Positions 50,262 to 61,526 of a stretch of DNA of 64,000 nt are shown piece by piece (position 1 is the stretch's first letter; every line of letters begins with the position of its first letter). Below the pieces are notes generated by a model. The model saw only the letters and a program-made list of their open reading frames with translations, was not told the DNA's origin and did no database searches. The stretch comes from Fistulifera solaris. Taxonomy: Eukaryota. The stretch covers positions 558,001-622,000 of the forward strand of contig AP026144.1 of assembly GCA_030295235.1 (NCBI GenBank), given 5' to 3'. A program made the position numbers and the translations under genes.

Positions 50262-53042
50262 TCACTGTGTGTCCGTTTCTGCCACGACCGTCACCTTGCC
50301 CTCACCAGGTTTAGTCCCCACCTTCGGTTTGCCCCTACTCTTCCAACGCCCTCGACTTGTGTTCTGCTTCGACTCTTGACCAAGCGGTCTAGCCTTGTGC
50401 GACTCATTTCGCCTTGGAGTGGTGTCATTGTTTATATTGCTATCCGTACCACCTGCATGGCCTGCCTGGTTCTTGTCGTTTTTCTTTTCTTCGTTTCTGT
50501 CACTAGACCCATTCACGGCACCAGTTCCGTCTGCGTTGGCTACGCGTTTCGCCTTATTAAGTCGTTTTCTGGGCTTCTTGGCTTTCTTCTTCTTTTCGCT
50601 TTCATTTAATTGAGTTTCACCAGCTTTTGTTATACTCTGATTCTGATCGCTCTTTTCAACTTCTTTGCTATGATCAAATTCAATCACGGCAGCGGTTCCG
50701 TCTGCACTGGTGATCCGCTTCGACTTACCAGCCCGTTTTCTGGGCTTTCTTGATTTCTTCTTCTTTTCGCCTTCACCTATCTTCGTCTCACCCAATGTAT
50801 TGTTTAGTTTCGTTATGTCCTGTTTCTCGACACTTTTAAGGCCTTCGACAAGTGCCTCTTCAGATGTATCCACTTGCTTCCCGCCATTGACAACATTTAA
50901 TGGCTTGCTCTTCATATCCGATTTCTGTTGCAAAATCTTCACATTTTTTACTTCTGCTTGATTGTTGGTTTTCTTTGCTCCCGACTCCGCTTGTTCTGTG
51001 GACGCTTTCTTGTTTCGCGCTCTTCGGTCTCTTCGTTTCTGTTTCCCGCTCGTCGATTGAAGCACCACATTGGACGGCCAAAGAGTCGCTTCGTTTCCTT
51101 CTTTGCCGTCCATCGCCTTTGTAAGGCATTCTCGGGCGTACTTTTCGGACTCCTTCAAAGACTGAATGATTCGTCTCATTCCTGCTTCCTGCGCATGATT
51201 ACCCAAATTGTGTGGCATGTGCGAATCATAAGTCTCAAAGGGATCCTCAATTGCAAAACCAAAAAAGCATTTTCGAAAAACTGTTTTTGGCAGAGTCATA
51301 CTCGGTGATCGTTTGATCGATATAAGGAACAATTTTGGGAATTGCGCATAGAATTGAAAGAACCCATACAACAGCTCTGAAACCGAAATGTTCGCCACAC
51401 CTTCAGCCGGAGTCCAGGTGGAACTTACTTGTTGCCATTCGGCGTAAACGGTGTCGAGGTTGTTCACAGAATGTTTTCGATTGGCATCATCTCGAACAAC
51501 CCCAGCTTTTGCCATCAGTTCCTTGTCCTGCAAATTGGGAACCAATCCCACGTGCTGCAAGTAAAAGACAACGAGGCACATCCACGTGTACGAGCTGTAC
51601 GTGTTATCCTTGGCAGACGCAATATTCTTTTCCTTGGCCCATTTTTTCACTGCAAACATTAAGTTCTTCGCTCTAGGGTCAACGAGGGAGTATTCGCGTA
51701 GCAACGACGAGTTCGCTACAGCAATATCATTCATAAAACAAATATCAAAGTCGATGGATCCATCCTTGGAGTAAGGATTTTCGGCATGTAGGAAGGTTCC
51801 GCGAACCACCGGAACTCGGGCCCAAGCCACCGGCTCGATTCCTCTGAAATCCTTTCTGCGCCCTTCCAAACTCCGACTCACTTTGTAAACCGTTTTCTTC
51901 ACCTCTTTTTCATACGATGCCGGCGTAAGCTCTCCACTCTCGAACAGTTTGTTCAGTCGTTCCGATTCTCCTAGGTGAAGACTCAGATCCACATCCGAGT
52001 TTTTGCCAAGACTCAGATCCGATAAGCAACTGCCATAAATGGTCAACACCGCATCGGGATACACTCTCTTTACACTCTCGGAAAGTGTGCAATGCAGTTT
52101 CTGTATGGCGGCCAAATACTTTTGGTGCTTTTCCTCATTTTTGTCCTTGACGAGTCCGTACGTGACATCCAGTTTGTGGAACACATCCTTGCTTTTCTCG
52201 CGATGGCTTTGCAACCATGCGTGGAATTCTTGAGACCCCGCAGTGGGGGACTTAATGTTGCGACTCGGATCGTTCGACACAATCATACTCATGACGCTAC
52301 GTAATTTCTCTTTCCATACATTCGATTCCGGACGTAAATCGGATTCCGGAACATCCAACAGCTCGAATGCCATGGCCAGGTGACGCAGCAATATGCCACG
52401 CGTATGTGTTTTGCACACGTCAAAGGACTTGTCTCCAATCATCCAGCACGTTGGCTTGTTGCCTTTGGTAGAAATCTGCGTTCCCTGAATAATCAACGAT
52501 TCATCATTGCGTCGATCGTGATAACAAAGTCCCAAAATAATAGGAGTCACGACACTCAAGGAGTTCAATAATTTCACCAACACCAGCCACGCTGCATCGA
52601 TCGAATTGTCGTCGTCGTCGTCTTCTTCTTCTTCGTTACTACTCAATCGCTTCTGCAAACGCTCTTGTTGATGTTCCAGCGCCTTGATGCGTCTTTGATT
52701 GAGCGAACGTCGGTCTTTCTTTTCCGCCGGCTCGGTCTTGGGTGTATCTCGATAAAACTCCCGAATATGTGTCAGAGAACGAAGAATCTGCGTGATCGTA
52801 TCTTTCTTCCGTTCGAGTGTTTGAAATATTCTGTTTTCTTCTTCTTCTTCTTTTACATCCTCTGCAGTAACCGTAATATCGGGTTCAGTGGTATTCAGGG
52901 CAGTCGATTGTCCAAGCACATCAGGCACACCCCAAAAGTGAAGAAAGGCCTCGGTGGACATTTGCAACGGCACATGCCGTTCTTCACCAGTAATCCATAA
53001 CAAAGGCGCTTCTTTGTCCAGTTCAAGGCGATCAATCATCAT
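50262..53042 (-). CDS. Terminal uridylyltransferase / non-canonical poly(A) polymerase (Cid1/URT1-like)
   Basis: YGSC..SDVDL, ARVPVV, DFDIC, NSSLL..Y, VKKWAK, SSYTW..LVVFYLQ, AIEDPF..HNLG (His typical of TUTases); basic disordered tail. Confidence 0.88.
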   Translation of the reverse strand: MMIDRLELDKEAPLLWITGEERHVPLQMSTEAFLHFWGVPDVLGQSTALNTTEPDITVTAEDVKEEEEENRIFQTLERKKDTITQILRSLTHIREFYRDTPKTEPAEKKDRRSLNQRRIKALEHQQERLQKRLSSNEEEEDDDDDNSIDAAWLVLVKLLNSLSVVTPIILGLCYHDRRNDESLIIQGTQISTKGNKPTCWMIGDKSFDVCKTHTRGILLRHLAMAFELLDVPESDLRPESNVWKEKLRSVMSMIVSNDPSRNIKSPTAGSQEFHAWLQSHREKSKDVFHKLDVTYGLVKDKNEEKHQKYLAAIQKLHCTLSESVKRVYPDAVLTIYGSCLSDLSLGKNSDVDLSLHLGESERLNKLFESGELTPASYEKEVKKTVYKVSRSLEGRRKDFRGIEPVAWARVPVVRGTFLHAENPYSKDGSIDFDICFMNDIAVANSSLLREYSLVDPRAKNLMFAVKKWAKEKNIASAKDNTYSSYTWMCLVVFYLQHVGLVPNLQDKELMAKAGVVRDDANRKHSVNNLDTVYAEWQQVSSTWTPAEGVANISVSELLYGFFQFYAQFPKLFLISIKRSPSMTLPKTVFRKCFFGFAIEDPFETYDSHMPHNLGNHAQEAGMRRIIQSLKESEKYARECLTKAMDGKEGNEATLWPSNVVLQSTSGKQKRRDRRARNKKASTEQAESGAKKTNNQAEVKNVKILQQKSDMKSKPLNVVNGGKQVDTSEEALVEGLKSVEKQDITKLNNTLGETKIGEGEKKKKSRKPRKRAGKSKRITSADGTAAVIEFDHSKEVEKSDQNQSITKAGETQLNESEKKKKAKKPRKRLNKAKRVANADGTGAVNGSSDRNEEKKNDKNQAGHAGGTDSNINNDTTPRRNESHKARPLGQESKQNTSRGRWKSRGKPKVGTKPGEGKVTVVAETDTQ

Positions 53043-53384
53043 TCTTTCTTTTTTTCTTTCAAATATGGTGATGTTGGAATGAATTATACTTTTTCGGGAC
53101 AATCGTTTGACCAATAACTGGTTGTTTTTACGGAGTGTTATTTATTGTCAACCATTGGCTTTTTCAGTCAAGGGTCATCGGTGGGAAAACACACCACCGT
53201 TACGGTTACGGTACTTGACCTACGTAAACGAGATCTTGTTTGCGACGGTGCGACGGTGCGACGAGCACACGAACTACAAGCAGTCGGGTCAATATTTCAC
53301 ATCTTCTTTCAAAAAAAAACTATTAGACCAAGACTCTACAGAGACTAAATAGTCTCTCTACTAATAATAAAAAGCTCAGAATCG

Positions 53385-53861
53385 TTAATAAAGACTATCT
53401 TCGCACCAGATGGTCTTCATCATATGACTGGAATCGCCAGAATTCAAACTACCCCAAAGCTGGTGAAAAAATCCCAACTTTTTGGGAGACTCCTGTATAG
53501 CTGTCATGCGCACTGGCTTTATCGAGAACTCAGCGGACAGACGATTAATACGTGAGTATCGCACATTATTATCGTCGTTGTTCGCCCGTAAGACACTGGA
53601 ATTCGTTGATACGCTGGTGTCCTCCCCGTCGGGGGCCTCTTGGTAAGAAGAGAGAGACGACGATGGCGCCCCGTAAAAGGTCATCAGTAAAACATAAATT
53701 GCCACCAAAGGAAGGAGTGTGCAAAGGAACAAATAGTAGGTAAAGCGAAGAGACGTATTGTCTCTGGCCATCTCCAACCAAGACTTCTTCGTCAGCTTTT
53801 TGCTGCGACGGGTGGGGGAAATTCGTTTGGGTCGAGATATGGTGGATCGTTGCGAGTGCAT
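53385..53861 (-). CDS. Hypothetical single-pass membrane protein
   Basis: Basic N-terminus followed by a TM helix; short, and may be a truncated type II Golgi protein. Confidence 0.4.
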   Translation of the reverse strand: MHSQRSTISRPKRISPTRRSKKLTKKSWLEMARDNTSLRFTYYLFLCTLLPLVAIYVLLMTFYGAPSSSLSSYQEAPDGEDTSVSTNSSVLRANNDDNNVRYSRINRLSAEFSIKPVRMTAIQESPKKLGFFHQLWGSLNSGDSSHMMKTIWCEDSLY

Positions 53862-54113
53862 GGCAATCCTTTTTATTGTGAGCAAAAATATCACCCAACT
53901 CATAGCAAAGAAGGGACAAGAGACGACAGAAGGAAGGAATGACGGAAATGGCAAGAAAAATGGATTCTTGACAAAAAATAAATAATAAGAATGATCGAAA
54001 TGGATCGTGTTGTGAGTGCCGGATCAAGTCCATTCTTATCTTTATCTTCCAATCTGTACGATACAAGGAATATCTATCACAATGGTACTGAGATTCGAAT
54101 CCATCAGTCACAA

Positions 54114-54163
54114 CTACCGGTACGGTACCGGTACCTGGTACCGGTACCGGTACCGTACCGTAG
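54114..54163. repeat. Palindromic (GGTACC)n-like simple repeat in a divergent intergenic region
   Basis: TACCGGTACGGTACCGGTACCTGGTACCGGTACCGGTACCGTACCGTAG. Confidence 0.85.
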
Positions 54164-54326
54164 TCCTCGTTCCTTTATTGACGAAGTGCTCTTGGACTTG
54201 GACCGACCATCACGAAATAATAATAATAATGATGATTCATGGTTGTTATTATTATTTTATGACAGAAGTCATTCTTCCAGCAACGCGAACGCCATTTCGA
54301 GTCGGCAATCTTTCCATCGTCGTACT

Positions 54327-55194
54327 ATGAGCTCCCCTAAAAAATATGGCGAAGAAGTCATTGATCAAAAACTGTTGATGCGATTTGCGGTCGAGAATGG
54401 TAAATATTCGTGGTTCCTGGGCCGTGTCAAAGCGTTTCGGAACCCCGAACACCACATTCGCTTTGTGGATGGCACCATCCGATGGTGCGATTTACAGACT
54501 CTCGAAGAGGAGAAGGAATTGCAGTGGTTCCGTTGTATCGAAGAGCACGAACTCGACAACGCGGTGGGTCGATCTGTTTTGATGCGATTTCCCATACAAA
54601 ACAAAAAAGACGGCTTGGTTTGAAGGCAAAATCATCAGCGTGACCAAGAGTGGCCATCTTATTGCTTACGACGGAGGAGAAGAGGTCTGGCATGATCTCC
54701 GAGAATGTGCCAAAAGAGAAAAGATGCAGTTTTTGGGGACTCCTACTTCGATACGGAAACCAATATTATTGGCCGTAAAAGAGGAAGATGATACGACTTC
54801 GACGAAACGAAAGGACGATGGTCGATTTGATAACCCGCCTACTAGTAAGCGGAAGTCAAAGATAAACAATGAAGATGAAGTACAAGTCACCGAGGACTGG
54901 ACTAAAGGAATGGAACAGTGGCTCAAACGAACCGGGCAAGAAAAAATTGCTCATGTCATGAAACAAGTCCGGATGTTGGCTTCGGGTGCCGGTGTCCGAT
55001 GTAAAGGCTGGGATATCAATCGACGGGCATTTTTAGGTACAGAAGTGAATTTGAGCTCCCCCTTACCGCGTTTTCTAGAACACGCCAAATCTCTACAGGA
55101 AGAGTTTGGAATGGATGGTGAACTCGACTTGTTGGTTCCTCTGGAACAAATGCTGTGTTATAGGAAAAGCCTCTTAGAGTCGGATGAATGGTAA
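54327..55194 (+). CDS. Hypothetical protein with two Tudor-like repeats (frameshift ~54605)
   Basis: Internal repeat LMRF..SWFLGRV..HHIRFVDG.IRWCDL / LMRF..AWFEGKI..HLIAYDGG.EVWHDL after correcting the A-run. Confidence 0.6.
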
Positions 55195-55299
55195 ACATGA
55201 GAGTCATCGACATCTCAAATCAAGACGAATGATGTAAACAAAGTAGAAGATAATCAATTGTAAATATTTAACCTGACTCGACAAAACTTTTTTTATCTA

Positions 55300-56199
55300 T
55301 TACGATTTGTTGCGATGCCAGCGCTCCCGGCTCACGCGTTCGTAGAGTTCTTCGTCAAAGGACGATTGCTGTCGAATTTGATGAATCGTGGAGGATGCTA
55401 ACTGCGTGGTTTGGTTGAGATTCTGTTTACTGGCATTCTTTCGAGACATTGGCAGCGCCAACTTTTCATTTTTGAACAGGAGCTTGGTTAACAACGGCCA
55501 CGTTACCGTGGCGAGCGTTTCTGTCGTTCCCACCCAATCCCAATCCCGCTCCAACAAAGGCAGGAGTTCCTGGCGACACTGCTCCGTCGTCACCCCCTGT
55601 TGCAAGCGAGCGCGTCGTTTCTTGTTTTCGCGTTGCCCCAACAACAACAATTGACATTGATGATTGGGAATGACCGTTTTCAACAGATTTTCCTCCTTAT
55701 CTTGGGCATACGTTTCACGTTCACACCAGTTCCATTGACATTTCGGATGATGAAAATGAAGAAAATAAGAGCGACTAAAGGCCACGGGGTCTCGTACTAA
55801 TGTCAAGGTAAATAAGGGTACCCGACTTTTTGCCGATTGATGCCGCCATTGTTGGATCTTTTCCTGCAAGACCGCCAGACCGGGTATCGTACCGTGCAAT
55901 TCCACAAAGAGTGTTTCGCCGGAACCTTGGAACACACGTGAAATTCGTTCTTCGGCACGATCCCAATCCCGCGGCTTGGCGACGCGAACGACCGAAAGGA
56001 AGGGTTCTAAATTTGCGCGAAGGGTCGTTCCTCCGGTGCGGGGGATGTGATAAAAGATGACGACAATTCCTTTGAGAGGCAAGTTGGGGATCCCATTCAG
56101 ATTTAAATGTAGAGGTGAATGTAGCAAAAAGAGGTTACCGAGACAGAGGAATAAAATGAGGAGCCAGAAACGAGACAGTTGGCGCCGTTGTGGGGTCAT
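55300..56199 (-). CDS. Golgi-type sulfotransferase family protein
   Basis: N-terminal TM, FYHIPRTGGTT (5'-PSB), TLVRDP..SY (3'-PB), WVGTTE, C-terminal DEELYE. Confidence 0.75.
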   Translation of the reverse strand: MTPQRRQLSRFWLLILFLCLGNLFLLHSPLHLNLNGIPNLPLKGIVVIFYHIPRTGGTTLRANLEPFLSVVRVAKPRDWDRAEERISRVFQGSGETLFVELHGTIPGLAVLQEKIQQWRHQSAKSRVPLFTLTLVRDPVAFSRSYFLHFHHPKCQWNWCERETYAQDKEENLLKTVIPNHQCQLLLLGQRENKKRRARLQQGVTTEQCRQELLPLLERDWDWVGTTETLATVTWPLLTKLLFKNEKLALPMSRKNASKQNLNQTTQLASSTIHQIRQQSSFDEELYERVSRERWHRNKS

Positions 56200-56677
56200 A
56201 AGAAACGAAAGGCTCGCTTCCTGTCAACGCAAAAGAAGCAGTTCGGTTTTTCACAATAACAACATGAAAAGACACCTTTGTAGTTTATCGAGCCATGGTT
56301 TTAAAGAAGAATAAGTCAAATAATGAATTGCATCGACTAGAGAACATAAATAAATGAAATGGCAATGATTGCGTTGCCGCTTTTTCTTTTATTTGTCGTG
56401 TTGGACAACTGTCAGTCCCGCAATCCTGGGTCACGTATAAAGACTTCATAACCTATGCGAGTATGCGCTGCAAGGAATAAAGTCGCAGCGGTTGCACCTG
56501 TACTAATATCAGTTTCTTCCGGTGGATGGTCGGAAGAAGAAGAAGAAACCCAAAAGCTACCAACGACATTCGCTTTTTCTTATTATTGCACCTCTTTGCG
56601 GGTTGTAGTCTCACACATCATCTGTAGAACAACCATTCACTTTGCTTTGTTGCTATTGTAACAACCGCAAACCAACC

Positions 56678-58415
56678 ATGACCTCGCGATTGGCTTTCAT
56701 GACCCGTCGCGTCTTGACGACAGCGCGTTCTTCGGTCGCACAGGGGTTCCATTTCGTTTCCATAGCTCCTCGGTCATTCGGCAATTCTCTTGCTTCCTTC
56801 GTTCGCTGCTTCTCGACGACGACCCTGAAACCACCCAAACACGCCATGCTTTCGACCGACAAGAAAGTCAAAGCTCCGCCCATGGTGTACATTGCCGGAG
56901 AAGAAATGACACGGTACGCGTGTGATCTCATGGTGCAAAAATGGTTTCAACCGTACTTTGATACGTCCGCCTGGCAGTACTTTGATTTGTCGTGTGCCTC
57001 CCGCGATGCGACGGACGATCAAGTTTTGAAAGATGCCGTACAAGCCGGAAAAGACATTGGCGCCATTTTCAAGGAACCAACCATTACTCCTTCGGCTCTG
57101 CAAGTGAAACAAATGGGGTTGAAGAAAGCGTGGGGGTCACCCAATGGAGCCATGCGACGGGGATGGAATGGAATTACCATTAGTCGTGATACGATTCATA
57201 TTGATGGTATTGAATTAGGGTACAAGAACCCGGTGTTCTTTGAACGACATGCGGTCGGGGGCGAATACGGTGCGGGTTGGAATCAAGTCGGTAAAGGAAC
57301 CTTGTTGACGACGTACTTGCCCAAGGAAGAAGGATCTCCACCGTTTGTGGTGGATAAACGAGATTTGACAGATGATCACAATGTCGTGGTAGTGTATCAC
57401 AATCCCTACGACAATGTCACCAGCTTGGCTCACTTGTTTTTTGGCCGGTGCTTGGAGGCCGGTATTACGCCTTATATTGTCACCAAGAAGACGGTCTTCA
57501 AATGGCAAGAAGGATTCTGGGCCACCATGAAAGAAGTCTTTGATAAAGACTACAAGGAAAAATTTCTCGAAAAGGGTTTGCTGGATAAGTGCGGTGGGGA
57601 TTTGCAGCACTTAATTTCAGACGCTGCGACGATGCAACTGATTCGCTGGACTGATGGTGGATTTGGCATGGCGGCTCACAACTATGATGGTGATATGTGT
57701 AAGTGGTGTGAAATCCGAGATTACAATAACGATCTTACTTCTTTCGTTTATTCACGCGCTATATTTCTAACTGAATGCCACAGTGACGGATCAGATTGCC
57801 CAAGTCCATCGCTCTCCCGGTTTCATCACCAGTAACTTGGTCGGAAAGAAGGATGACGGCAGTCTCATTAAAGAATTTGAAGCATCTCACGGAACGGTAA
57901 CGGACTTGTGGAATGATCACTTGGCTGGACGTGACACCAGTTTGAACCCGCTTGGTTTGGTGGAGGCAATGATTGGTGCCATGGAACATGCGGCGACTCT
58001 GGATGCCGAAAGACACAGCGGAGATGGTGGCAAGCTGCAGACTAAAGACCAAGTATTCAACTTTACGACAACCTTGCGAACGGCACTGCATAATACGTTT
58101 CGATATGGGCAGGGAACTCGCGATATGAGTGGACCTTCTGGATTCACAACAGAAGATTTCATTGAAAAGGTCGCGTGGCGTTTGGGGCGCTACCTATCCA
58201 TGCAGTACGATGAATCTCCTCCTCCAACATTGAAAGAGCCGGACCGCAAATACCGTCGCAACTACGACATTGACGAAGAGGCAGTGAGTGCGATGTTTGC
58301 CAAGTATGATAAGAACGGGGATGGATTTATTGATTTTGAAGAATTCACAAGGATGTTGGTCAAGATGAATCTCGCCCCCGCCAAAGCCAAGCCTACCAAG
58401 ACACCGGACGTATAG
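56678..58415 (+). CDS. IDH: Type II homodimeric isocitrate dehydrogenase with C-terminal EF-hand, mitochondrial
   Basis: GEEMTR, KEPTITP, WGSPNGAMR, NYDGDMLTD (intron 57699-57783), FEASHGTVTDL, TRDMSG; EF-hand DKNGDGFIDFEEF. Confidence 0.92.
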
Positions 58416-59243
58416 TCGAATATAGTATTAGTCCTAGGCGATCTTAGTTTTTGTCTTTTTATGGAGCACGAAGATTGATATCGTGCAGCGCAAAAGTGGG
58501 AAGACGTATTACGCCTCGTTTCTTTTTTGGAAGGTCTTACCAGTATGAAATTCTATTCTCAATTATTTCTAGACTATGTTGGTGCGTTTGAATTTCCTTC
58601 GGAAAACGGGAATTATGCAACTTGCAAGATGGAAGACTTTTCTTCATGTTGGTTCAAGGGGTCCTCTTCGTTCGGATTTTGAATGTCAATACCTGTTCAG
58701 TACAACGTACAACCCAAGTGCTTTCTGCATCTACAATCTACAATTAAGGACGTCCTTATCTACAATGGATTGTAAACAGTAGATTATATCAGAATATTAG
58801 TGATAATTGTTATATATTTGTACGGAATTAAAAAAATTATCGGCGGACGGACATCTACTTTGTATTTGTGTAGTCAAACGTCAAACAACAATGGTAAACA
58901 TAGTAGTTTTAATATACTACGTATTTTGATAAATGTATAAAGTCTCTCATTGCACTTCAACGTTGAACGTTGAACAACGAATGGCAAACGGAGAAACGGA
59001 AAGTAACGAACGCCGAACAACAACGCCGACCGTGACGCGCCAATGCATCAATCCGATACTGTACTCAATCTTTATACTCCGCGCAAGCACGGGTCCCATT
59101 GGAACTTTAGAATATTGCATGGAAGTTCGCGATATTTTACGAAGGCATCAAAAACGCTCTCACATCTCACATCATCATCTCTCGTGCAGCCTTGACAAGT
59201 ATTTAGAAAGAATCCAAAACGACTACAAAACACCATCATTACA

Positions 59244-59699
59244 ATGCATCGAACGAAGCACAGCATACCAAGGCGAGAGAGCCAAGTCAACGCCTCGTGG
59301 CCGGTTGTCGATGAACACCAATGTGCACGACTTAACCTATCCTGTGGAAGATTGTCTCCACCAAAGTCAAGGAAATCAACTCTTCCCAGCTTACTGAGAC
59401 CAAACCGTAAAGTGCAAGATTTAACTAAATCAATGGAAGTAAAGGAGAAGCTGTTTGATCGAGGGCAAATTACCGAATTGTTGAAATCACTCCGCACCGA
59501 TCGGTTTGTGGGCCAAGTGAATCTTGCTTCCCATTCCGTTTACATGGATTCGCCAGGAGACCGAGTCCCTCACAGTACTAGCGCGAGTGATGCCACCTCG
59601 GTTTGCTCCTCTCTTTCTTCCGAGCCAGCCGAAGAGGGACTGCCGTACATGCCCGTTCCGTTTAAGTTCGTGACCTCGGAACCCCAGTCGATACGGTGA
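59244..59699 (+). CDS. Hypothetical Ser-rich protein
   Basis: 151-aa ATG ORF only; no recognisable motif. Confidence 0.35.
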   Translation: MHRTKHSIPRRESQVNASWPVVDEHQCARLNLSCGRLSPPKSRKSTLPSLLRPNRKVQDLTKSMEVKEKLFDRGQITELLKSLRTDRFVGQVNLASHSVYMDSPGDRVPHSTSASDATSVCSSLSSEPAEEGLPYMPVPFKFVTSEPQSIR

Positions 59700-60209
59700 C
59701 ACCGCTGGGGCTGTCTCGATTCATTCATTTTGTTCATATCTATTGCTAATTCGTAGAGAGTGGGTTTTTTCTTTTTTGAAAGACAAACTTCGATTCCAAG
59801 TACTCAGTTCAATTTTAGGTATGGCTTATTAAGTGCTTTGTATCATTTTCAACAAGTTACGAAGGTTGTCTAGATCGTCCTAGGTTTTTTGCTCGTTCAC
59901 TTACGGGACTGACTCAGCTCCATACGTAATCCTGATATTAGTGCCGGTAGGATACATCACAACTAGACACTCCGCAGCCGCAGTAGCAGAGTAAAGTAGC
60001 AGTACAGCAGTACATCGTTTTTGCACAGTCTGTCCTCGACGGTCGGCTGTTTGTTGGATCCCAAAGATTTTTTTCTTTCGTTGCAGAATATAATAAGGCT
60101 AAAGAATAAACACCGACCGATCATCACGAGCTACAAGTCGAAATTGGTCTCTTTCGTCGTTTTGTTTCAATCATAATCGCAGTCACTCATCATTCCTTCT
60201 TCATCAAAC

Positions 60210-61358
60210 ATGACCCCCGATGTGAGTACTACAGTGGCGGGCATCCGCTTGTCCACGTGCATTTACAATGCATCGGGTCCTCGCAGTGGGTCGGCCGAAG
60301 CTTTGCACAAGATTGCTCAATCCTCCGCGGGGGCTGTCTTGAGTAAATCCGCTACATTACTCGCCCAGGATGGCAATCCTCTTCCGCGGACGTGGCAACA
60401 CAACGATGCGTCTTTGAATTCAGAAGGATTGCCCAACAAAGGAATCGACTACTATATCAGTGACGAAACGATCTCCGAAATTCTACAAGATTCCTCCTCC
60501 TCAAAACCGTACATGGTGAGTTTGTCGGGTAAAACGACGGCCGATAATATTACTATGCTCCGCAGAATGGTGGGAAACACCAAAATCGCCGCCATAGAAC
60601 TCAATTTGGCCTGTCCGAACATTATTGGTAAACCGGTAGTGGGTTACGATGTGGAACAAATGAAGGACATTCTCGATCAAGTCACCCAAATTCTCAATCT
60701 TCCTCCCATGGGTATCAAACTACCACCCTATCTCGATTCCGTCCAATTTCAACAAGTAGCCACTCTGATTAATCAATACAATTGGATCCAATTTGTCGTA
60801 TCCATCAACACATTGGGGAATGCCACGGCCGTCAGTATCGAGGCCGGCATGCCTTTTATTAGTTCGAATGATGGCTTTGCCGGTTTGTCCGGCCCGGCCG
60901 TGAAATACACGGCACTGGCCAATGTCCGGAAATTGCGACAACTGTTGCGCCCGACCATTGACGTGGTCGGTGTCGGAGGGATTGCGACCGGTCGGGATGT
61001 CTTGGAATTCTTATTGTGCGGAGCGGCAGCTGTCCAAGTGGGAACCCAACATTGGTCGGAAGGTCCCAAGTGTTTTGATCGACTCGTCCAGGAGTTGTCG
61101 GATTGTATGACAGAATTGGGACATGAGTCTGTAAGGAGTATTGTAGGTACTTTGCAGCCGTGGAACAAAGCCGGAGCCGCCAAGCTTCGTGCACTGACCA
61201 AGAACTTGAATGTAAAGCCAGTGGAATCGCCGTCGTCCGAAGGAGGGAAGGAAGTTTTCTATCAAGCGTTGTCTGCCGTTCTGTTGCTCATTGTATTCAT
61301 GTTAGTGTACGACAAATTCACCACAAATGGAGCTATTGCAGAATCTCGAGAGCTGTAA
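60210..61358 (+). CDS. Dihydroorotate dehydrogenase class 1A-type with C-terminal TM helix
   Basis: NASG, SKSAT, NSEGLPNKG, ELNLACPN (catalytic Cys), KLPPY, INTLGN, FAGLSG, GVGGI; hydrophobic tail ALSAVLLLIVFMLVY. Confidence 0.9.
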   Translation: MTPDVSTTVAGIRLSTCIYNASGPRSGSAEALHKIAQSSAGAVLSKSATLLAQDGNPLPRTWQHNDASLNSEGLPNKGIDYYISDETISEILQDSSSSKPYMVSLSGKTTADNITMLRRMVGNTKIAAIELNLACPNIIGKPVVGYDVEQMKDILDQVTQILNLPPMGIKLPPYLDSVQFQQVATLINQYNWIQFVVSINTLGNATAVSIEAGMPFISSNDGFAGLSGPAVKYTALANVRKLRQLLRPTIDVVGVGGIATGRDVLEFLLCGAAAVQVGTQHWSEGPKCFDRLVQELSDCMTELGHESVRSIVGTLQPWNKAGAAKLRALTKNLNVKPVESPSSEGGKEVFYQALSAVLLLIVFMLVYDKFTTNGAIAESREL

Positions 61359-61526
61359 AACCTAAAAAATATTGTAACAATGAGATACATACTCTCTAGG
61401 AATAAGTATGCACCAACATGTGCTCCTCGAAACTACACGTATTTTACTCTTTTCTATCTTTGGCATTTCCATACGAGTCATCCTTCCATTTTTCATTCTA
61501 CTGCAAACAATCTAGAGTCTCTGTGA

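Noticed and set aside
38192..53042. RNA-metabolism gene cluster (PPR, XRN2, TUTase; also mTERF, S1, Stm1, DRG1)
   Set aside because: The genes are interspersed with unrelated ones and act in different compartments; consistent with chance in a gene-dense genome.
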